Counted from the first letter of the stretch, positions 46,619 to 59,800 are shown. The stretch: DNA of 64,000 nt from Candidatus Magasanikiibacteriota bacterium (GCA_041666745.1 JBAYGI010000002.1:36291-100290); one strand, 5' to 3'. Numbers and translations: made by a program. The notes: a model not told the origin generated them from the sequence alone.

Positions 46619-49111
46619 ATGAAAAAGTATAACCATCAGGAAGTTGAAAAAAAATGGAAGAAAAAGTGGGAGGATAGTGAAATTTACAAAACAGCGGATA
46701 CTTCGGATAAACCAAAATATTATGTTTTGGATATGTTTCCGTATCCGTCTGGCGCCGGTTTGCATGTTGGTCATCCCAAAGGATATATTGCTACAGATAT
46801 TATTGCGCGTCAAAAAATGATGCAAGGTTACAATGTACTTCACCCGATGGGTTGGGACGCGTTTGGTTTGCCGGCAGAAAATTATGCCATCGCGAACAAA
46901 GTGCATCCGAGTGTGGCCACGGCCAAAAACATCAAAACTTTCAAAAAGCAATTGGGTTTGCTTGGTTTTACCTATGATTGGAATCGCGAAGTGAATACTA
47001 CCGACCCGGCATATTACAAATGGACACAATGGGCATTTGTTCAAATGTTTAAAAAAGGTTTGGCTTATGAATCTTTTGAGCCGATCAACTGGTGTCCGAG
47101 TTGTCAGACCGGTTTGGCCAACGAAGATTTGAACGATGGAAAATGTGAGCGCTGTGGTAGTGAGATTGAACACAAGCCGATGCGCCAATGGGTTTTGAAA
47201 ATTACTGATTATGCGGAGAGGTTATTGAAAGATTTAGAAAAATTACCACAATGGCCGGAACATATTAAAAAAATGCAGAGTGATTGGATTGGAAAGAGTG
47301 AAGGGGCGGAAGTGGATTTTACGATTGTCATCCCGAGCGAAGCCGAGGGATCCCTCCACTCGTTGCGACACTCAGTCGGGATGACAACTCTCAAAGTATT
47401 CACCACTCGTCCGGATACTTTGTTTGGTGCGACCTATATGGTAATAGCGCCGGAACATAAAATTTTAGAACAATTAAAAGAAAAAATTTCCAATTGGACA
47501 GAAGTGCAAAAATATATTACCGATGCGAATAAAAAATCCGATTTGGAACGCACGGATTTGGCCAAAGAAAAAACCGGCGTGCGAATCAAAGGTGTGGAAG
47601 CGATAAATCCAGTCACGGAAGAATCGTTACCAATTTTTGTAGCTGATTATGTTTTGGCCGGTTATGGTACCGGAGCGATCATGTCTGTACCAGCGCACGA
47701 TGAACGAGATTGGGAATTTGCTAAAAAATATAAACTACCGATAGTAGATGTAGTATTGCCAATGGATAAAAACGGCGCTGTTCTTTTTGATGCCAACAAT
47801 TTAAGTGAAAGTGCTTTTTGTGAAAATGGTGTGGCGGTGAATTCGGACTTTTTAAATAATTTACCTACCGAAGAAGCCAAAGAAAAAATGATTGGATGGT
47901 TGGAAGAAAAAGGAATAGGCAAAAGGAAAGTACAATACAAATTACGCGATTGGGTTTTTTCTCGTCAGCGTTATTGGGGTGAGCCGATTCCTTTGGTAAA
48001 ATGTGAAAAATGTGGTTGGATCCCAGTTCCGGAAAATGAATTACCGCTTGAACTTCCAAAAGTAAAAAATTACGCACCTAGTGGTACCGGGGAATCACCG
48101 CTCGCCACTATCGACAAATGGGTAAATACCAAATGTCCGCAGTGTGGTGGCAAAGCCCAACATGAAACCAACACCATGCCACAGTGGGCGGGGAGTTGTT
48201 GGTATTATTTACGCTATGAAGATCCACACAATGAAAAAGAATTGGTAAACAAAAACAAAGAAAAATATTGGAGTCCGGTAGATTTGTATGTTGGTGGAGC
48301 CGAGCATGCCACGCGTCATTTGATCTACGCGCGTTTTTGGCATAAATTTTTATTTGATATCGGTGTGGTGCAAAACGACGAACCGTTTACTCGTTTGCAA
48401 AATGTCGGTTTAATTTTGGCCGAAGATGGACGCAAAATGAGTAAGCGCTGGAACAATGTGATCAACCCCGACGATGTGGTAAAAGAATACGGTGCCGACG
48501 CCATGCGTTTGTATGAAATGTTTATGGGACCATTTGATCAGCCATGTGCTTGGAATACTCAAGGGTTGGTAGGTATGAAAAGATTTTTGGAAAGAGTTTG
48601 GGGGTTGTTGGGGAAAAATACCGGATCCCCGATCGGGTCGGGGATGACAAGTGGTGCTATAACTCTATTACATCAGACAATAGAAAAAGTTTCAAAAGAT
48701 ATTGAAACACTTTCTTTCAACACCGCCATCGCCAAGATGATGGAGTTGGTGAATGAGTTTAATAAACATGAGCAAATCACCACAAAAGATTTGAAAACTT
48801 TTTTACAATTACTCGCTCCCTTTGCCCCTCATATTAGTGAAGAATTATGGGGCGTGTTGGGAGAAAAAGAAAGCATATTCAAGTCAGTTTGGCCAAAACA
48901 TGATCCGGAACTGGCAAAAGATGTTGAAATTACTCTGGCTGTGCAGATAAATGGTAAATTACGCGACACCATCACCGTGTCTGCTGATATTTCCGAAGAA
49001 CAAGCCAAACAAACTGCTTTATCTAGTGAAAAAGTAAAAAAATGGCTGGAAAACAAACCCCCTCAAAAGGTGATTTATGTTAAAGGGAAACTGATCAGTA
49101 TAGTAGTGTAA
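46619..49111 (+). CDS. leuS: Leucine--tRNA ligase
   Basis: HVGHPKGY (HIGH), KMSKS, CP1 editing domain; 830 aa; carries two in-frame GC-rich palindromic insertions. Confidence 0.95.
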   Translation: MKKYNHQEVEKKWKKKWEDSEIYKTADTSDKPKYYVLDMFPYPSGAGLHVGHPKGYIATDIIARQKMMQGYNVLHPMGWDAFGLPAENYAIANKVHPSVATAKNIKTFKKQLGLLGFTYDWNREVNTTDPAYYKWTQWAFVQMFKKGLAYESFEPINWCPSCQTGLANEDLNDGKCERCGSEIEHKPMRQWVLKITDYAERLLKDLEKLPQWPEHIKKMQSDWIGKSEGAEVDFTIVIPSEAEGSLHSLRHSVGMTTLKVFTTRPDTLFGATYMVIAPEHKILEQLKEKISNWTEVQKYITDANKKSDLERTDLAKEKTGVRIKGVEAINPVTEESLPIFVADYVLAGYGTGAIMSVPAHDERDWEFAKKYKLPIVDVVLPMDKNGAVLFDANNLSESAFCENGVAVNSDFLNNLPTEEAKEKMIGWLEEKGIGKRKVQYKLRDWVFSRQRYWGEPIPLVKCEKCGWIPVPENELPLELPKVKNYAPSGTGESPLATIDKWVNTKCPQCGGKAQHETNTMPQWAGSCWYYLRYEDPHNEKELVNKNKEKYWSPVDLYVGGAEHATRHLIYARFWHKFLFDIGVVQNDEPFTRLQNVGLILAEDGRKMSKRWNNVINPDDVVKEYGADAMRLYEMFMGPFDQPCAWNTQGLVGMKRFLERVWGLLGKNTGSPIGSGMTSGAITLLHQTIEKVSKDIETLSFNTAIAKMMELVNEFNKHEQITTKDLKTFLQLLAPFAPHISEELWGVLGEKESIFKSVWPKHDPELAKDVEITLAVQINGKLRDTITVSADISEEQAKQTALSSEKVKKWLENKPPQKVIYVKGKLISIVV
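47326..47386. repeat. GC-rich palindromic element inserted in-frame in leuS (TGTCATCCCGAGCGAAGCCGAGGGATCCCTCCACTCGTTGCGACACTCAGTCGGGATGACA)
   Basis: 10-bp terminal inverted repeat GTCATCCCGA/TCGGGATGAC plus inner palindrome GAGGGATCCCTC; encodes extra ~14-20 aa (IVIPSEAEGSLHSLRHSVGMTT) in a loop that is 8 aa in E. coli LeuS. Confidence 0.55.
48623..48649. repeat. Second GC-rich palindromic element in leuS (GGATCCCCGATCGGGTCGGGGATGACA; encodes PIGSGMTSG)
   Basis: 8-bp stem ATCCCCGA/TCGGGGAT; shares GGGATGACA terminus and GGATCC with the other family members. Confidence 0.45.
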
Positions 49112-49116
49112 AAGTT

Positions 49117-49150
49117 AATCACAGGTCAACAGCCTGTGATTTTGTTTTTT
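49117..49150 (+). terminator. Rho-independent terminator of leuS (AATCACAGG-tcaacag-CCTGTGATT + TTTGTTTTTT)
   Basis: 9-bp stem and T-run 6 nt after stop. Confidence 0.7.
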
Positions 49151-49219
49151 CCAATAATATGTTATAATATACTCAAGCTTAAAAAGGTGGGGCTGTTTTT
49201 ATCTTAGTTCGGTTTTTTT

Positions 49220-49612
49220 ATGTTTGGAAGAAAAAAAGTTATATCTAAAAAAATATTGATCGTAGAAGATGATTCGTTATTGGTCAAAGTTTTGTCCGCT
49301 AGTTTTTTAGAAGAAAAATTTCAGGTAGTTACGGTTGAAAATGGTTTGGAAGTGATGGAGGCGGTAAAGAAATTTTCTCCCGATATGATTTTGTTGGATT
49401 TGATCATCCCCGGCATTGATGGATTTGCCGTTCTCAAACAACTCAAAGAAGATGATGCTACCAAAAATATTCCGGTAGCTATTATGTCCAATTTGGGTTC
49501 AGTTAGTGATGTGAAATCCACCAAAGCGCTTGGCGCCGATGAATATTTCATCAAGGCCAATACCGAGATGGAAAAAATAGTTAAATATGTTAAAAATAAA
49601 CTAAAAATTTAA
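49220..49612 (+). CDS. Single-domain response regulator (CheY-like receiver)
   Basis: ILIVEDD...DMILLDLIIPGIDG...K; 130 aa, no output domain. Confidence 0.8.
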   Translation: MFGRKKVISKKILIVEDDSLLVKVLSASFLEEKFQVVTVENGLEVMEAVKKFSPDMILLDLIIPGIDGFAVLKQLKEDDATKNIPVAIMSNLGSVSDVKSTKALGADEYFIKANTEMEKIVKYVKNKLKI

Positions 49613-49613
49613 T

Positions 49614-49997
49614 ATGCCAAAATCAGAAAAAAAGACGATACTAATAGTAGAGGATGACGAGGTGTTGTTGCGCGCTTTGTATCTGATGTTTCACAAAAGT
49701 GAATATACGATTGCGTCGGCTACCGATGGTGATACCGCTCTCAAGATGACACAGCGCTTGAAACCGGATTTGGTTCTGCTTGATTTACTGTTGCCAAAGA
49801 TGAATGGTTTTCATTATTTAAAGTTTTTAAAAGATCAGCCGGATATCAAAAATATTCCAGTTATTGTTTTGTCCAATTTAGGAGATAAAGAAAACATAGA
49901 AAAAGCAAAGGCATTGGGAGCCCTTGACTATTATATCAAATCAGACACAGATTTGACTGTGTTGGCCGACAAAGTAAAGAAACTTTTAAAAGGTTAA
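49614..49997 (+). CDS. Single-domain response regulator (CheY-like receiver), second copy
   Basis: ILIVEDDEVLL...DLVLLDLLLPKMNG...; 127 aa. Confidence 0.8.
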   Translation: MPKSEKKTILIVEDDEVLLRALYLMFHKSEYTIASATDGDTALKMTQRLKPDLVLLDLLLPKMNGFHYLKFLKDQPDIKNIPVIVLSNLGDKENIEKAKALGALDYYIKSDTDLTVLADKVKKLLKG

Positions 49998-50018
49998 TTT
50001 ACCCTAAAAAACAAGGAG

Positions 50019-50840
50019 ATGAAAAATAGATGGTTAAACTTAGTGTTGCTTTTAACCAATCGGATTTACACCAAGAAACAGCTGATAATAGAACAAAGCG
50101 GGTTGGGGGCAGTTTATAATATTTTTCTTTTGATCGTCCTAGAAATAGTGCTGGCGGTTATTTCTTTACCTCTTTATATCAGTCTTCGCTCCGCTTCGGT
50201 CACGGCATTTTTATCTGAAAAGGGGAGTTATGCCAAAGTAGATTTCGATTACAATATTCGACGTATTCTCACTTTGACCGGTGTTGGTATCGTGGCGTTG
50301 ATTTGGGTGATTAAATTATCGCTCATTATTTTGTTACCAAAAATTTATGGCCCATTACCGCTTTATGTGGTGACTGATTTTCGACCGGCGGATATTTTGT
50401 CCAAAGAATTGGTGATGGCTGAGACGGGCATCCAGACAGCGCGTATTATGAAAACAATGCCCAAACCGGAAGTGACCGGAGTAACCAAATTAAAAGGCGG
50501 TGATTATACTTTTTTGGGTACCGGCCAACCAAATTCCACAGTGATTTTGTTATTGACTGACAAACAAACGGCCATTTATTCAGGTTTGACTGATAAGAGC
50601 GGTAAGTGGGAAATAGACTATTCTCAGAGTAAATTCAAACTCGGTCCGGGCAATCATTCGGTGATCGTTTTTGGTTATGATCAAAAGCTCGGAGTACGCA
50701 GTGAAACCGGTTTGGAGCAATTTTTTAAGGTGCAGACTTCTTTGATGGACAGTTTGGTTGCTAATGTAGATGTGCTGGCCAATTGGTCCGTGGTAATTAT
50801 TATTTTACTGGGAGTATTTTTGACTTTTTTAACTTTATAA
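50019..50840 (+). CDS. Membrane protein with N-terminal 2-TM anchor module (shared with giant protein), one Ig-like domain and C-terminal TM
   Basis: N-terminus MKNRWLNLVLL...IVLAVISLPLYISL...RRILTLTGVGIVALIWVIKL parallels giant-protein N-terminus. Confidence 0.5.
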   Translation: MKNRWLNLVLLLTNRIYTKKQLIIEQSGLGAVYNIFLLIVLEIVLAVISLPLYISLRSASVTAFLSEKGSYAKVDFDYNIRRILTLTGVGIVALIWVIKLSLIILLPKIYGPLPLYVVTDFRPADILSKELVMAETGIQTARIMKTMPKPEVTGVTKLKGGDYTFLGTGQPNSTVILLLTDKQTAIYSGLTDKSGKWEIDYSQSKFKLGPGNHSVIVFGYDQKLGVRSETGLEQFFKVQTSLMDSLVANVDVLANWSVVIIILLGVFLTFLTL

Positions 50841-50841
50841 T

Positions 50842-53800
50842 ATGGCCACTCGTTGGCTCAATTTTTTCTTTCGTTTTTCCGGATATGTTTTTGGTTTAAA
50901 ACAAAAGATTGTTAAATCAGATAGTTTGTGGAAAGTTATTCCCGAAGCCATTTTTTTGCTTTTGTTAGAATTTAGTTTTGCGATAGTTTCTTTGCCGATG
51001 TATTTACTGGTGCCACCGGAAAAAGTACAAGAGACCGGCGCTATTTTTCCTAGCGCAAATAAAGAAAAACCTCAAATTAGCACCTATGTTGTCAGACGAA
51101 AAATCAGTTTGGTCACTACTTTGAGCGCGGCTATAATATTTTTTTCTAAATTAATTTTTGTTGGGATTGTTTCTTTTTATTTGTTGGGCGCGCAACAACT
51201 TTTGGCGTCTACCCAAGATTGGGATTTTACCACTTCTTCTCAATATATTACCAGCAGTTCATCGATTGAATTTGTTGGCGGAACTGCGCAATTAAAAGAT
51301 TTAGGGGCTACTGTTACCGGTTCTACTATCAACGCCGGCGTTACTACCACTGGTAATAACTGGGCATATAATGATTGGACAGACCCATCAAATGTGGTCG
51401 TGGGTGGAACTAGGCAGACATCCAATGGAAATCCGGGACCATACTTAAATGTGAATATTGCGATCACCGGTTCGGCAACCCAAAATAGAACAGGCGCCGG
51501 CTATTGGACGCAATCATTTGTTACTACGGTCGCCTCGCCAGACACAGCCACTTTGAATTTGGATTGGAAGTCCATTACCTATACATCACCAACTGCTCCA
51601 GCCACTTATCGGCTATATGCTTTTATTGATACATCTCCCACTACGACTCCACCCTCGTCCACCAGCACCGCGGTTTGGAATAGTGGGGAAATCACCGGTA
51701 CTACCAATTGGGCAAGTATTTCAGCAGTGAATATCGCCAGTAAAGTTCCAACAGCCGGTACCTATTATTTAAAAATTGCCGCCTATGCCACTAGTCCAAA
51801 AGTGGCTACAAGTTTTTCCTATATTTCCGGTTTTGACAATATTATTGTAAATTGGTCAAAGGTTACCCATGTTTATGATTCTACAAAACCAACTGTTACC
51901 CCGAGTAGTTCGTTGACCATGGCCAAGACGGTGAGTTGGAATTCTTTTGCTGAAACAGCGACAAAAAATGGTGGTGAAATTTATTATCAATTAACCGGAG
52001 ATGATGGCAGTACTTGGAAATATTGGAATGGTTCGGCTTGGGCTACGGCCAGTGCGTCAAATTATAATATTGCCACCGATGTAAATACTTATATTGGTAG
52101 TTTTGCGACCAGTAGTAACCAAATTAAATTTAAAGCATTTTTATCCAGTAGTGGCAGTCAGCAGGTGATTTTGGACAATGTGGCGATTGGTTACACGGAA
52201 AATTTACCACCGACAGTGGCAAATTTAGCGCCGGCGCAAAACATACAAAATGGGTATGTATTTGTAAATTATAATTTACAAGATACCGAAAGCGATCCGT
52301 CCAGTTTAGTCAATTATGAATATTCATTAACCGGTGCGTTTGCCGGTGAACAGGTGGCGATGACCGCCTCGACGACTGACCCGGCACATAGTGGTATTTC
52401 AAATTTGACCACATCACCGGCAGGGGTGGCGCATACTTTTGTTTGGGATGCCAAATCACAGTTGGGGGCAGTATACAACACCAGTGTATATGTAAGAATG
52501 CGCGGTAACGACAGTATCCAAAGTGGCGCCTATACGACTTCGACGGTATTCACGGTAGATTATGTAAATCCAGTAGTAACAAATGTTTCGGCGACTCAAC
52601 CTTTGAATACTACAACCGTGCAAATCAGCTATGATCTTTCTGACAATACAACAGATAATTTATTTACAGATTTTCAAGTGTCTGGTGATGGTGGATCTAC
52701 TTGGGCGGTCGCGACTTCATCCGCCAGCGGAGCGGTTGGTAGCGGAGTAACCGCTGGAGCAGGCAAAATAATCTATTGGAATGCCGGTACAAATTATGGT
52801 GGTCATCAGCAAAGTAATATGCAGGTGCGTGTGCGAGCCAAAGATAAATGGCAAAATATTGATGGGTTTGTTACTTCGACCAATTTTTCATTGGATACTT
52901 TGGCGCCAGCGACTTTGGTAACTGCGGATTTAAAAGCTCAACCAAATGCGGGCGATACGACGGTTTTAATTGGTGGCAGTTTCACTGAAGTAAATCCAAG
53001 TACCAATACTTTTTATGCGGCAGTGACCGGTGGCGCTTATGATGGCGCTACTATCGGCACTCTCAATTCCGCCAGTCCTTCGAATCAAGCGACAACGGTA
53101 ACGACATCTCTCAAAGGCAATGATTATATTTCCAAAGTAAAAATCACCCATACGGATAAATATGGACAATCTTTTGATAATGAAAATACATCACCAAGCA
53201 CCACTTTTAAATTTGTAAAACCATACACACCGGCCGCACCAACTTTATCTAACCCGATAACTACTCATTTGGATTTGGTGGTGAATTCAAATGTAAACGA
53301 AGCTAGTGGTTTGGAATATGCTATTTATGAAACCACGACGGCGAAATATGTCCAAAGTAATGGGACACTCGGTGTGTCGGCCGTTTGGCAAACTTCCGTG
53401 GCTTGGGGCACCAAAACCGTAACTGGTCTATCTTCACCGGTTTCACAATATATTTTTCAAGTAAAATCTCGCAATACTTCAGATGGCGCGCATGCTGTTT
53501 CGTCTGAATCGGCATTTTCGGCGACCGCTCAAATTCCGAACACAGCTCCGTCAATCGCTTTAAATACTTACGCTCAAACTACAGATGGCACTGATTATGT
53601 GACGATTGCCTACACCGGTACCGATGGTCAAGGTGATATTAGTGGTGTACCGACCTACCAATATTCTACCGATAATGCAACGTGGCATACTATGACACAA
53701 AAATCCGGTGTGGGAAGTAGTGGAACTTCCAGTTTGGTATTTTTACCAACCGGTAGCGCTTATAATTTTGCTTGGGATTCAAATGCTGATTTACCGACTG

Positions 53801-56800
53801 TCGAAACTTCCACAACAAAAATCCGTTTGAAACCAAATGATTCTTTGATTGACGGTAGTACGGTAACATCAAACGCGTTTACGGTTGATCATAAGGCGCC
53901 GGTAATTTCAGCCGTGACCGCATTGCAGGGTGCAGGTACACGCACGGTAACTTTTTCATATACTCTAACAGATGCAAATACTTCTTTTGTAGATTTACAA
54001 GTTTCAAATGATGGCGGTATGACTTGGGCGATTGCAACTTCAACTGTGAGTGGAAGTGTAGGGGCGGGTGTAACACCAGGGGCAGGGAAGATAATTACTT
54101 GGAATGTGGCAACAGATTTCAACGAACAGTACAATACCAACATGAAAGTGCACATTCGGGCGCGCGATAGTTTTGGTAACCAAGGTGTATATGATCCATC
54201 TTCCCCGTTTACTGTGGATACTCATGCACCGGTGATTTCCAATATTACAGCTGTTCAGGACTCATCCGCTGACACCTTTACTTTTCATTATGATATCAGT
54301 GAGGATGCCAGCAACTCGACTTTGGTGCTTGCCATTTCATCCAATGGCGGTTCAACTTGGGTGGTGGCCACTTCTACCGCTACCGGAGATATTGGTTCAG
54401 TCGCGAATGGCACGAATAAAACTATTACTTGGAACGGCGCGACCGATTTCGCCGATCAAGAAAAAACCAACATGCAAATTCGTTTGACTGCGAACGATCA
54501 ATATGACAATAGTAGTAATTTGGCTTCAGGTAATTTTAATTTGGATACTTATGCGCCACGCGTGACGGCGGTGAGTGGACTCCAATCTACTGGAAATACC
54601 ACTGTCGGTTTTTCTTATACTTTGACCGATCAAAATAGTTCTTTGGTGCAGATAGATATTTCTTCTGATGGTGGTTCGACTTGGAATGTGCCTTCTTCCA
54701 GTCTCACCGGTGATATTGGCAATGTCAGTCCGGGTTCAAAATCTATCACTTGGAATGCGAAAACAGATTTTTCAAATCAACAAATCAGCAACATGCGCGT
54801 ACGCGTACGCGGTAAAGATATTTTCAACAATCAATCCGGAAATACAACCTCGACAAATTTTTCTTTAGATACTCTAAATCCGGCTTCATTAGTAATAACA
54901 GATTTGAAAGCTCAGCCATTGGCTGGTGATACGGCGGTTTTAATCGGCGGATCATTTACCGAGGTAAACCCGAATACCAATATTTTTTCTGTGGCTATTG
55001 ATGGTGGGTCCTATGGTTCCGGTGTTGCCGGTACCGTAAATACCGCCTCTCCGTCTGATCAATCAACCGCGGTGGGTGTTACTTTAAAAGGCAATGATTA
55101 TATTTCCAAAGTAAAAATTACTCATACTGATGATTATGGTCAAGCGACCGATAATGAAAACACCTCACCAAGTACAACTTTTAAATATGTAAAACCATAT
55201 ACACCGGCCGCTCCAACCGTGGACAACCCAACAGTTGGTACGGTTGATGCCTTGATTAATAAAAATGTAAATGAAGCGGATGGTTTGGAGTACGCGATTT
55301 ATGAAACTTCACAAAGTAAATATGTTCAAGCCAACGGTACTTTGGGAACAGGAGCGGTATGGCAACCGTTGGGTGTGTTGGTAGGACAGTGGGGAGAATT
55401 TTTATCAGTGTCCGGAAAAGTGCGAGTAAATAGTTTGGCTACTCATTCTTATCTTTATCAATTTGAAATAAAATCACGCAATAGTAGTGATGGAGCGCAC
55501 TTGACCAGTAGTGAGAGCGCATTTTCTGCCGGCGCATCGTCTGCCAATCAGTCGCCGGTGATTACGATAAATTCGGCCAGCCAAACCACTGACGGTAGTA
55601 AATATATACCAATTAATTATACCGGTTCTGATTTGGAAAGCGAAACAAATGTTTTGGTAAAATTTGAATATTCCACTGATAATTCCAACTGGCACACAAT
55701 GACTGAAAAATCCGGTGTGGGAAGCAACGGTACCACCGGCTTAGCTTTTGTTTATACCGGCACCGCGCATTTATTTGCTTGGGATGTTGGCACGGATTTA
55801 GCCAACACTGAAGACAACACAGTATATGTACGTTTGCAAGCCAACGATGGTACAAGCAGTGGCAATGTTGCAACCGTATCGGCATTTACCGTGGATACCA
55901 AAAACCCATCGATTGCTTCACTGACCGCCAATCAAGTCTTGGGTCTACATAATGTATCCATCGGTTATAATCTGACAGATTTAAATACATCCACAGTGAT
56001 ATTAAATATTTCATCTGATGGTGGTTCGACTTGGAATATTACTTCTTCAACAGTGAGTGGGGCGGTGGGAGTGGGAGTGACACCGGGTGATGGCAAGAGT
56101 ATTACTTGGAATGCGTTGGCGGATTTTGCCAATCAGGAAAGTTCAAACATGAAAGTGCGTCTGCGCGCGACTGATAGTTTTGGTAATCAAGATATATTTG
56201 TAACATCATCTGCTTTTATCGCCGATACCAAAGTTCCAGTGGTTAGCAATGTTTCAGCAGTACAAAATAGCGGTAATAATTTTGTGACTGTGGGCTACGA
56301 TCTGTCTGATGCCAGCACGTCAACGGTTTACTTGGAAGTTTCATCTGACAGTGGGTCGTCTTGGACGGTTACATCTACCAATGTTAGTGGAAATGTCGGC
56401 GCGAACGTGACACCGGGAAGTGACAAAACAATTACTTGGAATGCCGGCATAGATTTTCCAAGTCAACAAGTAGCTACCATGAGAGTACGTGTTAAAGCTA
56501 CAGATGTTTATAATAATGCCGGTGAAAATACGGAGTCGGCAGATTTTGCCTTGGACAGTAAAGCGCCACTTTTGACAAACGTATCGGCCGCGCAAGTAAT
56601 CGGTTCAGACAATTTTAATTTTACGTATGATTTATTTGACAGCGCAAATGTAATAATTTCTTTGGACATTTCTTCCAACGGCGGTTCTACTTGGACAGTG
56701 GCGACATCTAGCTTGTCTGGAGCAGTTGGATCCGGTGTAGCTCCCGGTTTTGGAAAAACTGTTTCTTGGAACGGTGCGGTTGATTTCAACAGTCAGCAAA

Positions 56801-59800
56801 AAAATAACATGAAAATTCGAATTCGGGGTACTGACATTTTCAATAATACCAGTATAAATTTTGAATCAGATGTATTTAATTTGGATACTTTGGCACCAGC
56901 TACCGCAATCGGTGTTGATGTAAAATCTCAACCCAATGCCGGAGACACAACTGTATTGGTCGGTGGATCATTTACTGAAACAAATCCATCTGCCAATATT
57001 TTTGTAGTGGCGATTAATGATGGTGCTTATGTCGCTTCGACTACCGGTCAGTCCGGTACTGCCACCCCAGCGGATCAAGCAACCGGGGTTGGGACAACAT
57101 TGACCGGCAGTGATTATATTTCCAAAGTAAAGATAGTGGAAACTGATAATTTTGGTCATAATTCTACCAATGAAAATACCTCACCAAATACAACTTATAA
57201 ATATGTAAAACCGTATACACCATCCGCGCCGACTGTAAATAATCCACAAAATACTTCTCTTGATGTGACAGTAAATGCAAATATTAGTGAATCATCCACG
57301 GTTGAATATGCAATAATGGAAGTTTCTACCAATAAGTATGTTCAAACCAATGGTACTTTGGCCAGTAGTACAGTTTGGAAAACTTTGGGCGTTGGAGCCG
57401 GTCAATGGGGGAATACCAGTGGAGTATCGGGAAAAATTACTGTCAGTAGTTTGAATTCTCCGGTAGCAAATTATAGTTTCAAAGTAAAGTCGCGCAATCC
57501 TTCTGATGTGGCGCATGCTATTAGTAGTGAAAGTGATTTTTCTAATATTACTACTATTACAAATAGTGCGCCAACAATTTCGATTGTGTCTGCTAGTCAG
57601 TCCAACAATACCAATTATGTTGTAATTAATTACACCGGTACGGATGGGCAAAATGATACCAACAATTTAACCGGTTACCAATTTTCAACCAACACTACAA
57701 ATTGGTTTACAATGACCGAAAAATCCGGTGTGGGTAGCAGTGGTACAAATAATTTAATTTTTAGTTCGACCGGCACCGCCTTTAATTTTGCTTGGAACAT
57801 CGCGGTAGATTTACCAAATACGGAAGTGCCGACCGTTTATGCGCGCTTGCAATCCAGCGATACTTTGGCTAGTAGTAATTTGGCAGTGTCCTCAGCTTTT
57901 TCAGTCGATACTGTCGGGCCGGTTGTTTCCAATATTCTTGTTAGCCAAACTCCAAATACAAACAATGTCGTGATCAATTATGATTTGTCAGATAATTCAG
58001 GAAGTAACAATACGGTAATTTTGCAAATTTCTTCAAACGGTGGTTCGACATGGACAGTACCTACCACAACTTTGAGTGGCGAAGTAGGAACCGGAGTTAG
58101 TGTTGGTACCGGTAAGACTGTAATTTGGAACGTCGGTGTAGATTACAACAATCAAGAAAACGATGTGATGAAAGTGCGTATAGTTGGTATTGATCGTTTT
58201 GACAATATTGGAAGCTTTGTTTCTTCAGATGATTTTACAGTGGACACCAAAGCGCCAGTCGTGAGTATTGATTCCATTATACAGGAGGCTGGCGATGGGG
58301 TAATTGACGTCTCATATGATATTTCTGATCATACCATGTCGGGAAATTTTGTAGATATGCAAATTTCAGATGATGGCGGTGCTACTTGGAATGTAGTGAC
58401 TACTACTGTAGGTGGTGATATTGGTGCCGGTGTGCCATCGGATGGTGAAACTTTTGATTGGAACGCTAAAGTTGATTTTCCAAATCAAGAACAATCCGAC
58501 ATGAGAGTGAAAGTAAGAGCCAGAGATTACTTTGGCAACCAAGGTGTATTTGTTTCATCAGGAAATTTTTCAGTGGATACCAAAGGACCGGTGGTTTCAT
58601 CGGTGACCGCTTCACAATCTACCGGTACCTCCACTATTACTATTAATTATAATTTAACTGATTTAACCGCCTCAAATTTAGATGTTATTCTTGATGTTTC
58701 AGATGACGGTGGATTTTCATGGACGGTGGCTACCACCACTCTCGCGGGAAATATTGGTGGGTCACAAACAACCGGCAGTGGAAAAACAATCACCTGGAAT
58801 TCAAACGTAGATTATCCTGGAATATATAACACGGCAATGCAGGTACGCGTTCGTGCTATTGATACTTGGAATAATGTTGGCAGTAATGAGGCTTCTTCAA
58901 ACTTTACAGTTGATACAGCAGTTCCTTCTATTTCCAATATTACCGCTTCACAAACAGTTGGATCCAATAGTGTAACAGTTCATTATGATCTTTCTGATGA
59001 CACCACAACCAATCTCACGGTAGCTTTGGATATTTCTTCGGATAATGGATCTACATGGACAGTCGCTACTACCACATTATCCGGAAATATTGGCAGTGGT
59101 CAAACGACTGGTGTAAACAAAACAATTACTTGGAATGCCGGAATTGATTTTGCTAATCAATACAATACTGTAATGAAAGTTCGTGTCCGAGCGCTTGATT
59201 ATTATACCAATTTTGCCAGTGCAATTTTGGGAACTGCTTTTACTCTTGACACCAAGAATCCGGTTGTTTCAAATGTAGTCGCGGAACAAACTGTGGGTAC
59301 GACCAACTTTGTGATTAACTATGATCTAAATGATGATAACATTTCCAATCTGACAGTAGCTCTGGATATTTCTTCGGACAATGGTTCTACCTGGACAGTC
59401 GCTACTAGTACATTGTCCGGCAATGTCGGTGTAGGTCAGGATGTGGGTACAAACAAAGCAATCACCTGGAATGCTGGAACGGATTACAATTCTCAATATA
59501 AAACACAAATGAAAGTGCGCGTGAGAGCGGTTGATAACTATTCCAATTCAAGTGGTAATGTTAATTCAAGTGCCTTTGGGTTGGACACCAAAAATCCTAT
59601 CATCAGCAATCTCACTGCCATACAAAATGTTGGTTACAATAATGTGGTGATTGGTTATGATTTAACAGAGGACACTACTTCAAGTATTGTGGTTGCTTTG
59701 GATATTTCCAACAACAGTGGTTCTACTTGGACAGTGGCGACTACCACTCTGACTGGCAATATTGGAAGTGGTCAAACTGCGGGTAACGGTAAAAGTATAA

